A stretch of DNA of 64,000 nt from an uncultured Rhodospirillales bacterium (lineage in GTDB: Bacteria > Pseudomonadota > Alphaproteobacteria > CAZRBL01): positions 1,634 through 65,633 of the forward strand of contig CAZRBL010000011.1 in NCBI GenBank assembly GCA_964598335.1, in the 5' to 3' direction. The position numbers and the translations under genes were made by a program. The notes beneath the pieces are model-generated. The model ran no database searches. It worked only from the letters and a program-made list of their open reading frames with translations, and was not told the DNA's origin. The first letter of the stretch is position 1, and every line of letters starts with the position of its first letter. Shown piece by piece: positions 55,931 to 64,000 of the stretch.

Positions 55931-56812
55931 ATGGCACGGGCCCTTCACAAGACCTGGCTGCTGGATCCGCTCGGTGCTGCGGCCGGGCTCTTCGCCTACG
56001 GTGTCTTCCGTCTCTTGCCGGCGCCGCTTGCCTCGGCGCTTGGCGGCGTGATCGGCCGGGCGATGGGACGGGTCCTGCGCGGCCTTGATCGCAGAGCAGA
56101 GAGCAATCTGAGGCACGCCATGCCGGAGCTGAGTGTCGATCAGCGTCGGCATATCCGTCGCGGCATGTGGGATAATCTCGGTCGGACCATCGCCGAATTG
56201 CCCCATCTCGATTGGATCTGTCGCAACCGCCTCGACCTGGTCGGGGCAGAGCATTTTCGGGAGCTGGACGAGGATGGGCGTCCCGGCGCGATCTATTGCG
56301 CCCATCTTGCCAATTGGGAACTGGAACTGCCGGTGCCGGCTCTGGCCGGGCTGGCTACGGTGCAGGTCTATCGCGAACTCAACAATCCGTGGCTCCGGCC
56401 GTTGATGCGGCATATCAGGCAGGGCCGGCTGCAGGAGCTGGTGACCAAGGGTCCGAGCGGAGCCAAAAGGCTGATCGCGACGATGCAGGCCGGCGGGCAT
56501 ATCGGCCTGATGGCGGATCAGAAGATGAATGACGGCATTGCCGTCCCGTTTTTCGGCCAACGGGCGATGACCGCGACGGCGCTGGTTCAGCTCTGTCTGC
56601 GTTACCAGGCGCCCTTGGTCGCAATGCGGATGGAACGACTCGATGGCTGTCGCTTCCGCTGCACCGCCTATCCGCCCTGGCAGGTCACTCATCATCCCGA
56701 CGGCAAGGCGGCATCGATCGAAGCGGCGTTGCTGAAAATCAACCTTGAGCTTGAAGACTGGATCAGGGCGCGCCCCGAGCAATGGCTGTGGATCCATCGT
56801 CGATGGAACTGA
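55931..56812 (+). CDS. Lipid A late acyltransferase (LpxL family)
   Basis: HLANWE (HxxxxE), DQKMNDG..VPFFG, EQWLWIHRRW. Confidence 0.9.
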   Translation: MARALHKTWLLDPLGAAAGLFAYGVFRLLPAPLASALGGVIGRAMGRVLRGLDRRAESNLRHAMPELSVDQRRHIRRGMWDNLGRTIAELPHLDWICRNRLDLVGAEHFRELDEDGRPGAIYCAHLANWELELPVPALAGLATVQVYRELNNPWLRPLMRHIRQGRLQELVTKGPSGAKRLIATMQAGGHIGLMADQKMNDGIAVPFFGQRAMTATALVQLCLRYQAPLVAMRMERLDGCRFRCTAYPPWQVTHHPDGKAASIEAALLKINLELEDWIRARPEQWLWIHRRWN

Positions 56813-56847
56813 GTTGTCAGCGGGCTCCGGCTGCATCGCTATGGCGG

Positions 56848-56978
56848 CTAGAGCATTTTCCGATCATTCCGGTCCAACCCTGCACCCCCGCCCCGCCTCC
56901 CCAGACAGGATACTTGCAGGGTAGGCGGGGCGGGGGTGCAGGGCTGGACCGGATCAAAAACAAACGAAACCGTTCTAA
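56848..56978. mobile_element. 131-bp MITE/REP-like hairpin element, copy 2
   Basis: CTAGAGCATTTTC...GAAACCGTTCTAA; flanks are the reverse complement of copy 1 at 22190-22320. Confidence 0.8.
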
Positions 56979-57778
56979 TCTCGCATCAGGGCGCCGCCAT
57001 TGATGTGCAGCGCCTGGCCGGTGATATGGGCGGCCGCGGTCGAAAGCAGAAACAGGATCGGCCCGGCGATTTCCTCGGGCATGGCGAGCCGGCCCAGCGG
57101 TACCAGCTTGGCATAATCGGCGGATGAGATGCGCATCGGCCGGTTTTCGTCGCTCCGGCCCGTGCCGCCGCGCAGAAAGGCGGTGTCGACACCGCCCGGT
57201 GAGACCGCATTGACCCTGATCTGAGGTGCAAGCTCGGCGGCAAGGGTCCGCGTCAAGGATGCGGTCGCGGCCTTTGAGGCTGCATAGGCGGAATAGCCGG
57301 GCCGACCGGCATTACCCAGACCCGATGACATCAGCACCATAGCAGCCCTTCCCGTGCTTCGGCGCAGCAGGGGTATGGCTGCCCTGGCACATAAAAAAGT
57401 GCCGCGGGCATTGGCGTTCATGATGTCGTCATAGGTTTCCAGCGCCAGCTCCGCCGCAGGGATCAGATCAGCGGCATAGCCCGGAAGAATCACGCAACCC
57501 TCGATGCCGTCCCATCGCTCAGCGAGCGACTCGAATGCGGCATCGACGCTGTCCGGTTCGTGCACGTCGAAGGCGGCGGTAACGGTTTCAGGCGGGGGCG
57601 GATGCCGCTCCAGTGAGCCGGCAAGGTCGAAGACGGCAACATCACAGCCATTGGCCAGCAGGCCCTGGACGACGGCGCGCCCGATTCCGCCGCAGCCGCC
57701 GGCTACCGCTATCTTCGCGCCTTGGGGGGGTGCCAGCCGGGTGAGGTCCGGCCGCTGGTTATCGTCAGCTGATGTCAT
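56975..57778 (-). CDS. Short-chain dehydrogenase/reductase
   Basis: GGCGGIG, YAASK, IRVNAVSPG. Confidence 0.9.
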   Translation of the reverse strand: MTSADDNQRPDLTRLAPPQGAKIAVAGGCGGIGRAVVQGLLANGCDVAVFDLAGSLERHPPPPETVTAAFDVHEPDSVDAAFESLAERWDGIEGCVILPGYAADLIPAAELALETYDDIMNANARGTFLCARAAIPLLRRSTGRAAMVLMSSGLGNAGRPGYSAYAASKAATASLTRTLAAELAPQIRVNAVSPGGVDTAFLRGGTGRSDENRPMRISSADYAKLVPLGRLAMPEEIAGPILFLLSTAAAHITGQALHINGGALMRD

Positions 57779-57832
57779 GGCGTTATCATCCGGTGTTCGG
57801 GTCGGCTGAATGCTTAACAGGACAAAATGTTA

Positions 57833-57850
57833 TGTCAAAAAATGTTGACA
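57833..57850. promoter_or_regulatory. PpsR/CrtJ-type palindrome overlapping a TTGACA -35 hexamer
   Basis: TGTCA-aaaaatgt-TGACA fits TGT-N12-ACA; TTGACA at 57845-57850; upstream of the AppA-like gene. Confidence 0.7.
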
Positions 57851-58003
57851 GACTGAACTGATCCATAGCCTAATGTGATTGGCGCTGGTGCAGTTGTCGC
57901 GGTTTCCTCTCCGCATGATCGCATGGCACCCAACGAAAAATACTTCGGCCTCAGAGTCGTTCATCGACCCCGGCCGATCCATAACAGATGGAGGCAGAAA
58001 GAG

Positions 58004-59338
58004 ATGGATGAGGATCGCGACTACAACACCGGGGGCTTGTTGACACTTGAAGACAGCCCGATGGAAGAGAGCCATGCTGACGGCTTGATGTCGACGCTGG
58101 TCTATCGAAGTCGCGAAACCCACAAGATGATGCCGCGTGAATTGAGCGGCCTGATCGCCAACGCGCAATCTGCCAATGCAGCGGCCGGCATCACCGGGAT
58201 GGTGATTTATGATCGCGGTCGATTCCTGCAATGGCTTGAGGGACCCGCCTCCTCCGTCAACGCGCTAAGGGCGCGGATCGGTCGCGACAGCCGGCATACG
58301 GATATCGAAGTTCTTACCTGCCTCGACAGCAACACGCATGAGCGCTGCTTCGACGGCTGGAACATGCAACTGGTTCAGCGGGCGGGACAGTTTGACATTG
58401 TCGATCTTTCCCTGCCTGAACCCCCGTCGCTATTGCTCGATTGCCTGCACAAAAATCCCGAAGACCTCGTCGAGCAGCTTCGCTGCTATGCCGGCAATCG
58501 CGATTTAACCGCTGCCGGCCATATTCCCTATGCGGTCAAGATCGATCAGGGCGTCGACCGTCTTGCCGATCTGCGCAGCCTGATGGAAGAGCCCAGAGAT
58601 CTTGACGGATCGGCGTCATCCTGCGGCTGCGTGCAGCACGCGCCGCGGCAATTGCTCGATGCCGGACAGGAATTGGCGCGTGCGCTGCTCTCCGCCAGGG
58701 AGGGAGAGGCCCATGATGCTATCCGGCGGATTTGCGGTCAGACGGCGCATAGCATGCGGGCCGTCGCTCAGCTTTTTGAAATTGCCGCTCGCTCACTGGG
58801 CGACAGCTGGATGCGCGATGAGTGCAGCGAATACGATATCGCCATGGCGATGTGCAATCTTCAGACAACCTTGCGCTCGCTTGCTCCCTGGGCACAGAAT
58901 CGCAATCACCGTCGCGAGGCGGCCTGCGGCTCGGCGCTGATCGCGCCGCTGCCGGGTGAGGTACACATTCTAGGTGCGACCCTCAAATCGGAATTGTTGG
59001 CAAGTGAAGGTTGGGCGACCGAATGCGATTTCCCCGACCGCATTGCCGATCTTGAGGACTCGGTGTCGCGCAATTGGTATGATGTAGCGATTATTGCGCT
59101 CTCGCGCGTTTTCCGCCGCGAAGACAGCCTGTTGCGGGTTGCCGATGCGGTGGCCCGCACGCGCCGCGCGTCCTGCAATCCCAATATCCGCTTGATCGTC
59201 GGCGGCCGGATCTTCGGCGATAACCCGGATGCCCGCGCCCAGGTCGGGGCGGATGCGCGTTGTGCCAGCGCCGGCGATGTAAGCCGAGCGATACGCGAAG
59301 CAATGGCTGCGGTCCCGACGAGCGGTGCCGTGCACTAA
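58004..59338 (+). CDS. AppA-like BLUF + SCHIC/B12-binding-like antirepressor
   Basis: BLUF: LVYRS, N...GITG, FLQWLEG, DSRH, WNM. C-terminal LPGEVHILG domain of the AppA/PpaA type. Confidence 0.82.
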   Translation: MDEDRDYNTGGLLTLEDSPMEESHADGLMSTLVYRSRETHKMMPRELSGLIANAQSANAAAGITGMVIYDRGRFLQWLEGPASSVNALRARIGRDSRHTDIEVLTCLDSNTHERCFDGWNMQLVQRAGQFDIVDLSLPEPPSLLLDCLHKNPEDLVEQLRCYAGNRDLTAAGHIPYAVKIDQGVDRLADLRSLMEEPRDLDGSASSCGCVQHAPRQLLDAGQELARALLSAREGEAHDAIRRICGQTAHSMRAVAQLFEIAARSLGDSWMRDECSEYDIAMAMCNLQTTLRSLAPWAQNRNHRREAACGSALIAPLPGEVHILGATLKSELLASEGWATECDFPDRIADLEDSVSRNWYDVAIIALSRVFRREDSLLRVADAVARTRRASCNPNIRLIVGGRIFGDNPDARAQVGADARCASAGDVSRAIREAMAAVPTSGAVH

Positions 59339-59359
59339 TCTCGCCGGGGCAATCCGGAT

Positions 59360-59393
59360 AAAAAAAGCGGCGCTCGAAGCGCCGCTTTTTTTT
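59360..59393. terminator. Bidirectional Rho-independent terminator
   Basis: A7-GCGGCGC-tcgaa-GCGCCGC-T8 between convergent genes. Confidence 0.88.
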
Positions 59394-59418
59394 GTTCATA
59401 TTACAGCCGTCTGGCTGA

Positions 59419-60195
59419 TTAATTCTCCAGCGTCTGCTCGATGATATAGGCGATGACGTCGGCGCGCTCTTGCGGCGTACGCAGACCCGGGAAAGCCATC
59501 GTCGTCCCGCGAATGTACTGGCGCGGGTTTTCAAGATACTCAAACAGCGCCTGCTTGGTCCAAACGATGCCGGAATTCTTGTTGGCGGCTGAGTAGCGCG
59601 TATAGCCTTCCACCGTGCCCGCTTCGCGACCCAGCAGACCGTAAAGCGACGGTCCCTGGCGGTGCTGGCCGGGCTGAACCAGATGGCACTGCATGCAGCG
59701 CCGGAAGACGCGGCTGCCGGCCTCAGGGTCACCGGTATACTCGGTGCCGTCTTCGCCGGTGACGACGAAATCGAGGCTGATATTCTGCTCATAATCCGGA
59801 ACGGCGTCACCGGCGGCTTCGGCAGCTTCTTCGGCTTCCTCTACCGGAGCTTCCGTGTCGGCCTGCGCAGTCTGCGCGACGTCTTCAGCGCCATCGGTGC
59901 CGGCGTCTGCTTCCCCGGCCATTGTTGAAGCTGCGGTCTCGCTTGCCTGCTCGACATCATCAGCCGTCCCTTCGGCCGCTGCTGACATCTCGCCAGCGGC
60001 TTCCGACATGGCGTCGGCTGCCTCGGCGGCGTTCTCGGCCGCCTGAGCCATATTCTCAGCGGCAGCGGCTGCCTTGGCGGCCGAATCCTCTGCAGTAGCG
60101 GTAAACGGCGCGAAGGCCAGAGCCAGGGCAAAGGCGCTGGCGGCGGTGGCTTTGAAGAAAGCTGTATCTCTCACGGTAGCTCCCAATTTTATCAT
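59419..60195 (-). CDS. Class I cytochrome c (c2-like) with long acidic Ala-rich N-terminal linker
   Basis: Signal peptide; CMQCH; GPSLYGLLGR; PRQYIRGTTMAFPG. Confidence 0.9.
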   Translation of the reverse strand: MIKLGATVRDTAFFKATAASAFALALAFAPFTATAEDSAAKAAAAAENMAQAAENAAEAADAMSEAAGEMSAAAEGTADDVEQASETAASTMAGEADAGTDGAEDVAQTAQADTEAPVEEAEEAAEAAGDAVPDYEQNISLDFVVTGEDGTEYTGDPEAGSRVFRRCMQCHLVQPGQHRQGPSLYGLLGREAGTVEGYTRYSAANKNSGIVWTKQALFEYLENPRQYIRGTTMAFPGLRTPQERADVIAYIIEQTLEN

Positions 60196-60313
60196 TGTTT
60201 CGGGTTCACTAGCACCCGAAGGTCCCAAGTAGCAACATGGCTTGGTGGCGAGATTGTGGACATCTGATGTCGAATGCAAGTGCCATGTCAGCACAGGTCA
60301 CAACGCCGCAAGC

Positions 60314-61666
60314 TCAATTCTGTTCCTCCCGCAGCATTTTCTTGCGCAGACGAGACAGCAGATACCAGACACCGGCGATGACCAAGGGCGCGGCAATGCC
60401 GGTCGCGATTTTAGGATCAAACTGGGGAACCGTTTTTTCGATGCCTTCGAAGATATATTTCAGCAGGCCGATCGAATAATAAGAGATTGCGGCCACGGAC
60501 AGCCCCTCGACTGTTTGTTGCAGACGCAACTGCAGGGTGGCGCGGCGATCCATTGAGGCGAGCAAGCCGGCATTGGTGATCTCGGTGGCGACTTCGACCC
60601 GGGTGCTGAGCAATTGTGTCGCACGCGCAATCTGGTCGATCACCGCCTTTTGCCGTTCGGCGACAGCGGTGCAGGTCCGCATCGCCGGCGCGTGACGCCG
60701 CTCCATGAATTCGGCGATCGTCGGGCGACCGTCTATGCGTTCCTCGCGCAATTGCTGGATCCGCTCCAGAACAATGCCGTAATAGGCGCGGCTGGCGGCG
60801 AATCGATAACTTGTCCGCCCGTAAAGCGCCTGCGCCTCGCCGGCCAGCGCCGCCAGGCGGTTGAGCAATTCGCGGTCGGAATCGATATCGCCGTCCCTGA
60901 CCACCTCGCCGGCGGCGCTCGAGGCCATTTCCTCCAGTTTCGCCAATTCCTTGCCGGCCGTATCGGCGACCGGAAAGCCCAGCATCGCCATCAGCCGGTA
61001 GGTTTCGACCTCGAAAATCTGTTGCACGGTGCGGCCCGCAATCGACGCCGCTTCCTCGGGCTGAACCAGCAGGAAGCGGGTGAAGCCGTCCGAGCCGGGC
61101 CGAAAATCGGTCCGCAATTCAAGACGGCCGCCGGCTATATTGACCGCGATATCGTCGCCGTAACTCCACTGTGCCGCATTGTTCTTGTCCCGCAGCAGCG
61201 CGATATGCGCGCCGACCAGCACGTTACCCGGCAATTCGGAGAGCCAGTCCTTGGGCACCAGTTCCAGCGCCGTTTCATCATTCGCCGGCAGATGGTCATC
61301 AGCGATAGGGCGATAGAAAGTCCAGCTCGACAGCTCGGTATGGCGTTCCCAGCGCAGCGACCAATTGCCCGCGTCGAGGCTGCACCAACGCGCGCCTTCT
61401 GCCGGCTCCGGCGCCTGGTAGCGGCGACACAAGGCAACCATATGCTCCCAATCGGCGCGCAGATTGCGAGCGCCGGCATTGGCGCCGATGCGCGTCGTCA
61501 ATGTCGGCCGGTCGAGCGCGGTATAGGGGCGAGCATGCGCTTCCGCCAGCAGCCGGTGGCGTTCGGGATGAAAGCCGAAGCCGCCGGCGCTGCTCACGCC
61601 GCTGTTCGGCGACGCGCTGCCGCCTCTGCCGGGCGGTGCTTCGGTCGAATCCGGGGCCAGCATCAT
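60314..61666 (-). CDS. DUF3422 family membrane protein
   Basis: HPERHRLLAEAHARP, RWERHTELSSWT, EVETYRLMAMLGFP, LRLQQTVEGLSVAAISYY. Confidence 0.88.
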   Translation of the reverse strand: MMLAPDSTEAPPGRGGSASPNSGVSSAGGFGFHPERHRLLAEAHARPYTALDRPTLTTRIGANAGARNLRADWEHMVALCRRYQAPEPAEGARWCSLDAGNWSLRWERHTELSSWTFYRPIADDHLPANDETALELVPKDWLSELPGNVLVGAHIALLRDKNNAAQWSYGDDIAVNIAGGRLELRTDFRPGSDGFTRFLLVQPEEAASIAGRTVQQIFEVETYRLMAMLGFPVADTAGKELAKLEEMASSAAGEVVRDGDIDSDRELLNRLAALAGEAQALYGRTSYRFAASRAYYGIVLERIQQLREERIDGRPTIAEFMERRHAPAMRTCTAVAERQKAVIDQIARATQLLSTRVEVATEITNAGLLASMDRRATLQLRLQQTVEGLSVAAISYYSIGLLKYIFEGIEKTVPQFDPKIATGIAAPLVIAGVWYLLSRLRKKMLREEQN

Positions 61667-61793
61667 GTCCCGACCTTGCGTCTGATCTATCGTCCGTGAA
61701 TATGTCACGTGCTAAATGGTTCTCGTGCGGCTGTTCCGATCCCTGCCTATCTACGCGAGAATCCACCCCATGGTCCAATTGTCGTTGAAATAA

Positions 61794-62831
61794 ATGGCTC
61801 AGTTTTTTCCCTTTCCCGCGATTGTCGGTCAGGATGAGATGAAATTCGCGCTGCTGATCGCGGCGGTCGACCGCAGTGTCGGCGGCGTGCTGGCGATCGG
61901 CGACCGCGGTACCGGCAAATCGACCGCGATCCGGTCTTTCGCTGCGCTGTTGCCGCCGATGAAGGTGGTGAAAGCCTGTCGCTATAATGCAGATCCGGAT
62001 GAACCGCCCTCACGCTATGCCGCGGTCTGCGATCCGTCATCGCCCTGGCAGCAGGGCCGCAAGGTGCCGAGCGAGACGGTTCCGGTACCGGTGGTCGATC
62101 TGCCGCTCGGCGCGACCGAAGATCGGGTGGTCGGGGCGCTGGATCTCGAACGCGCTCTGACGCGCGGCGAAAAGGCGTTCGAGCCCGGCCTGTTGGCGCA
62201 GGCGCATCGCGGTTTCTTGTATATCGACGAGGTCAATTTGCTCGAAGACCACCTTGTCGATCTGCTGCTCGACGTTGCCGCATCGGGCGAAAACATCGTC
62301 GAGCGCGAAGGGCTGAGCATTCGCCATCCTGCCCGGTTCGTGCTGATCGGCAGCGGCAACCCCGAGGAAGGAGAGCTGCGCCCGCAATTGCAGGATCGCT
62401 TCGGCCTGTCGGTGGAAATCAGCACGCCCCAAGACCTCAAGCAGCGTGTCGAGGTGTTGCGTCGCCGCGAAGCCTTCGAGCGCGATCCCGAGAGCTTCCT
62501 GGCGCAATGGGAAAAAGCCGGCAATAAGCTGACGGCGCAGATCAAGAAAGCGCGCAGCCTGCGCCCTGAGGTCACCGTGTCTGATGCGATGATGGAAACC
62601 ATCTCGCGGCTTTGTCTGGCAATCGGATCCGACGGGCTGCGTGGCGAGCTGACGATCATGCGTGCGGCGCAATCGGCGGCGGCGCTCGACGGCAAGACAG
62701 CGGTCGAGGAAAGCCATGTCCGGCAGGTAACAGCGATGTCCTTGCGGCACCGTCTGCGCCGGGATCCGCTCGATCAATCGGGTTCCGACGTCCGTATCGA
62801 CCGCGCCATAAGTGAAGTGCTGCCCGCATGA
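61794..62831 (+). CDS. bchI: Magnesium chelatase subunit I
   Basis: FPFPAIVGQDEMK, GDRGTGKST, LPLGATEDRVVG, LYIDEVNLL, GNPEEGELRPQLQDRFG. Confidence 0.96.
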   Translation: MAQFFPFPAIVGQDEMKFALLIAAVDRSVGGVLAIGDRGTGKSTAIRSFAALLPPMKVVKACRYNADPDEPPSRYAAVCDPSSPWQQGRKVPSETVPVPVVDLPLGATEDRVVGALDLERALTRGEKAFEPGLLAQAHRGFLYIDEVNLLEDHLVDLLLDVAASGENIVEREGLSIRHPARFVLIGSGNPEEGELRPQLQDRFGLSVEISTPQDLKQRVEVLRRREAFERDPESFLAQWEKAGNKLTAQIKKARSLRPEVTVSDAMMETISRLCLAIGSDGLRGELTIMRAAQSAAALDGKTAVEESHVRQVTAMSLRHRLRRDPLDQSGSDVRIDRAISEVLPA

Positions 62832-64000
62832 CCGAAGAGGCCGATCGGCGTTTTCGGGCGGCTCTCGACGCGGCGGCCTTGCTGGCGGTGGACCCGGTCG
62901 GACTCGGCGGGGCGGTGATCCACGGCCCTGCGAGCGCCCTCCGGGATCACTGGCTCTCACATTTCGGCGGCTTGCTGCCGGCCGATCTGCCTCAGCGTCG
63001 AATGCCGCCCGGCATCGATGATGACCGTCTGCTCGGCGGTCTCGATCTCGCCGCGACGCTGGCCCATAAGCGGCCGGTGCACCAGGCCGGCCTGCTGACG
63101 GAAACGCGCGGCGGCGTGATGATACTGCCGATGGCCGAAAGGCTCGAGGCTGATCGGCTCGGCCGTCTGTTACAGGCGAGCGACGGCCTTTGCCTGATCG
63201 CGCTGGATGAAAGCGAAGCCGACGAGGAGCCGATGGCACCGGCATTGGCCGACCGGCTTGCCTTTATCGTCGATCTGAGGGGGCTCGGACGACCGAAAAC
63301 ACCGGAAGTGAGCTCAGCGGAGCCTGACGCGGCGGCGGAGGCCCGGGTGGCTTTGTCTGCGGTCCGCGCGCCGAGCGAAGCGCAGCTCGAGGCCGTTGTC
63401 GGGACCGCTTCGGCGCTCGGCGTTGCGTCACTCCTGCCCGCTTTGCGCACGGTTCGCGCGATGAAGGCGTCGGCGGCGCTGGCCGGTCGCCGCGTGATCG
63501 AGGAGGCCGATCTGATCAGGGCGGTTAATGCCGTCCTGGCCCCGCGGGCAACGCAAATCCCGGCACCGCCGGAGGAGGAGCCTGATGAGAGCGAAGCGCC
63601 GCCCCCGGAAGAAGCCGAGCCGCCCCCGGAATCCGGTAATGACGATCAGGACAACAGTGAAATCGGTGAATTGCAGGACCGCGTTCTTGAGGCCGCCGCG
63701 ACCGCGCTGCCGCCCGGCTTGCTCGAATTGATCGCCAAGGCGGATCGCCTCGGCGGATCGGGCGAACGCCGCGGTTCCGGAGCGGGAGCGATAGCCGCGC
63801 AACGCGGAAGACCCAAGGGGCATCGGAGCGGCGCGCTGCGCGGGGGCGACCGGCTTGATCTTGTCGCGACGCTGCGGGCAGCGGCCCCCTGGCAGCCGGT
63901 GAGACGCAGCTCAGGCGAGATGGAAAGCGGCCGAATTGCCGTCCGGCAAAGCGATTTCCGTATCCGCCGTTTCGTCAAGCGCCGCGAGATGACGACGATT
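62828..64000 (+). CDS. bchD: Magnesium chelatase subunit D (3'-truncated by window edge)
   Basis: Hand translation from ATG 62828 gives LLAVDPVGLGG..IDDDRLLGGLDLAATL..LPMAERL, then a Pro/acidic linker; ATGA overlap with bchI. Confidence 0.93.
   Translation, partial: MTEEADRRFRAALDAAALLAVDPVGLGGAVIHGPASALRDHWLSHFGGLLPADLPQRRMPPGIDDDRLLGGLDLAATLAHKRPVHQAGLLTETRGGVMILPMAERLEADRLGRLLQASDGLCLIALDESEADEEPMAPALADRLAFIVDLRGLGRPKTPEVSSAEPDAAAEARVALSAVRAPSEAQLEAVVGTASALGVASLLPALRTVRAMKASAALAGRRVIEEADLIRAVNAVLAPRATQIPAPPEEEPDESEAPPPEEAEPPPESGNDDQDNSEIGELQDRVLEAAATALPPGLLELIAKADRLGGSGERRGSGAGAIAAQRGRPKGHRSGALRGGDRLDLVATLRAAAPWQPVRRSSGEMESGRIAVRQSDFRIRRFVKRREMTTI

Noticed and set aside
60286-60302. PpsR site upstream of the cytochrome c gene
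   Set aside because: TGT-N11-ACA, one base short of the consensus spacing.

Overview
High-GC alphaproteobacterial chromosome segment, probably from an anoxygenic phototroph: it ends in an AppA-like BLUF regulator with a PpsR-type site, a class I cytochrome c, and bchI-bchD. The housekeeping backbone includes fliI, the rimP-nusA-infB-rbfA-truB-rpsO-pnp operon, uvrB, mgtE, maeB, tRNA-Leu(GAG), recF-gyrB, thrS, gshA, rsmE, ubiA and waaA-lpxK-lpxL. Accessory genes are interspersed. The strongest candidate for a new system is a cassette divergent from thrS (38.8-42.9 kb). It encodes an Imm74-like protein overlapping an ADP-ribosyl-cyclase-like (Tox-ARC-like) NADase candidate, a small orphan, a large-cap HAD hydrolase and a tandem dead+live LOG protein. 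Eight dispersed accessory proteins, three of them in this cassette, end in similar Pro/basic-rich tails with Pro among the last two residues, which suggests a shared export signal. Other observations: a 131-bp hairpin element family whose inner loop is flipped relative to its flanks between copies, several pseudo-enzymes, two unannotated small hydrophobic ORFs, two CTERM-type sorted proteins and a reverse-oriented Pho box. All family calls come from motif recognition by eye; no database search was run.
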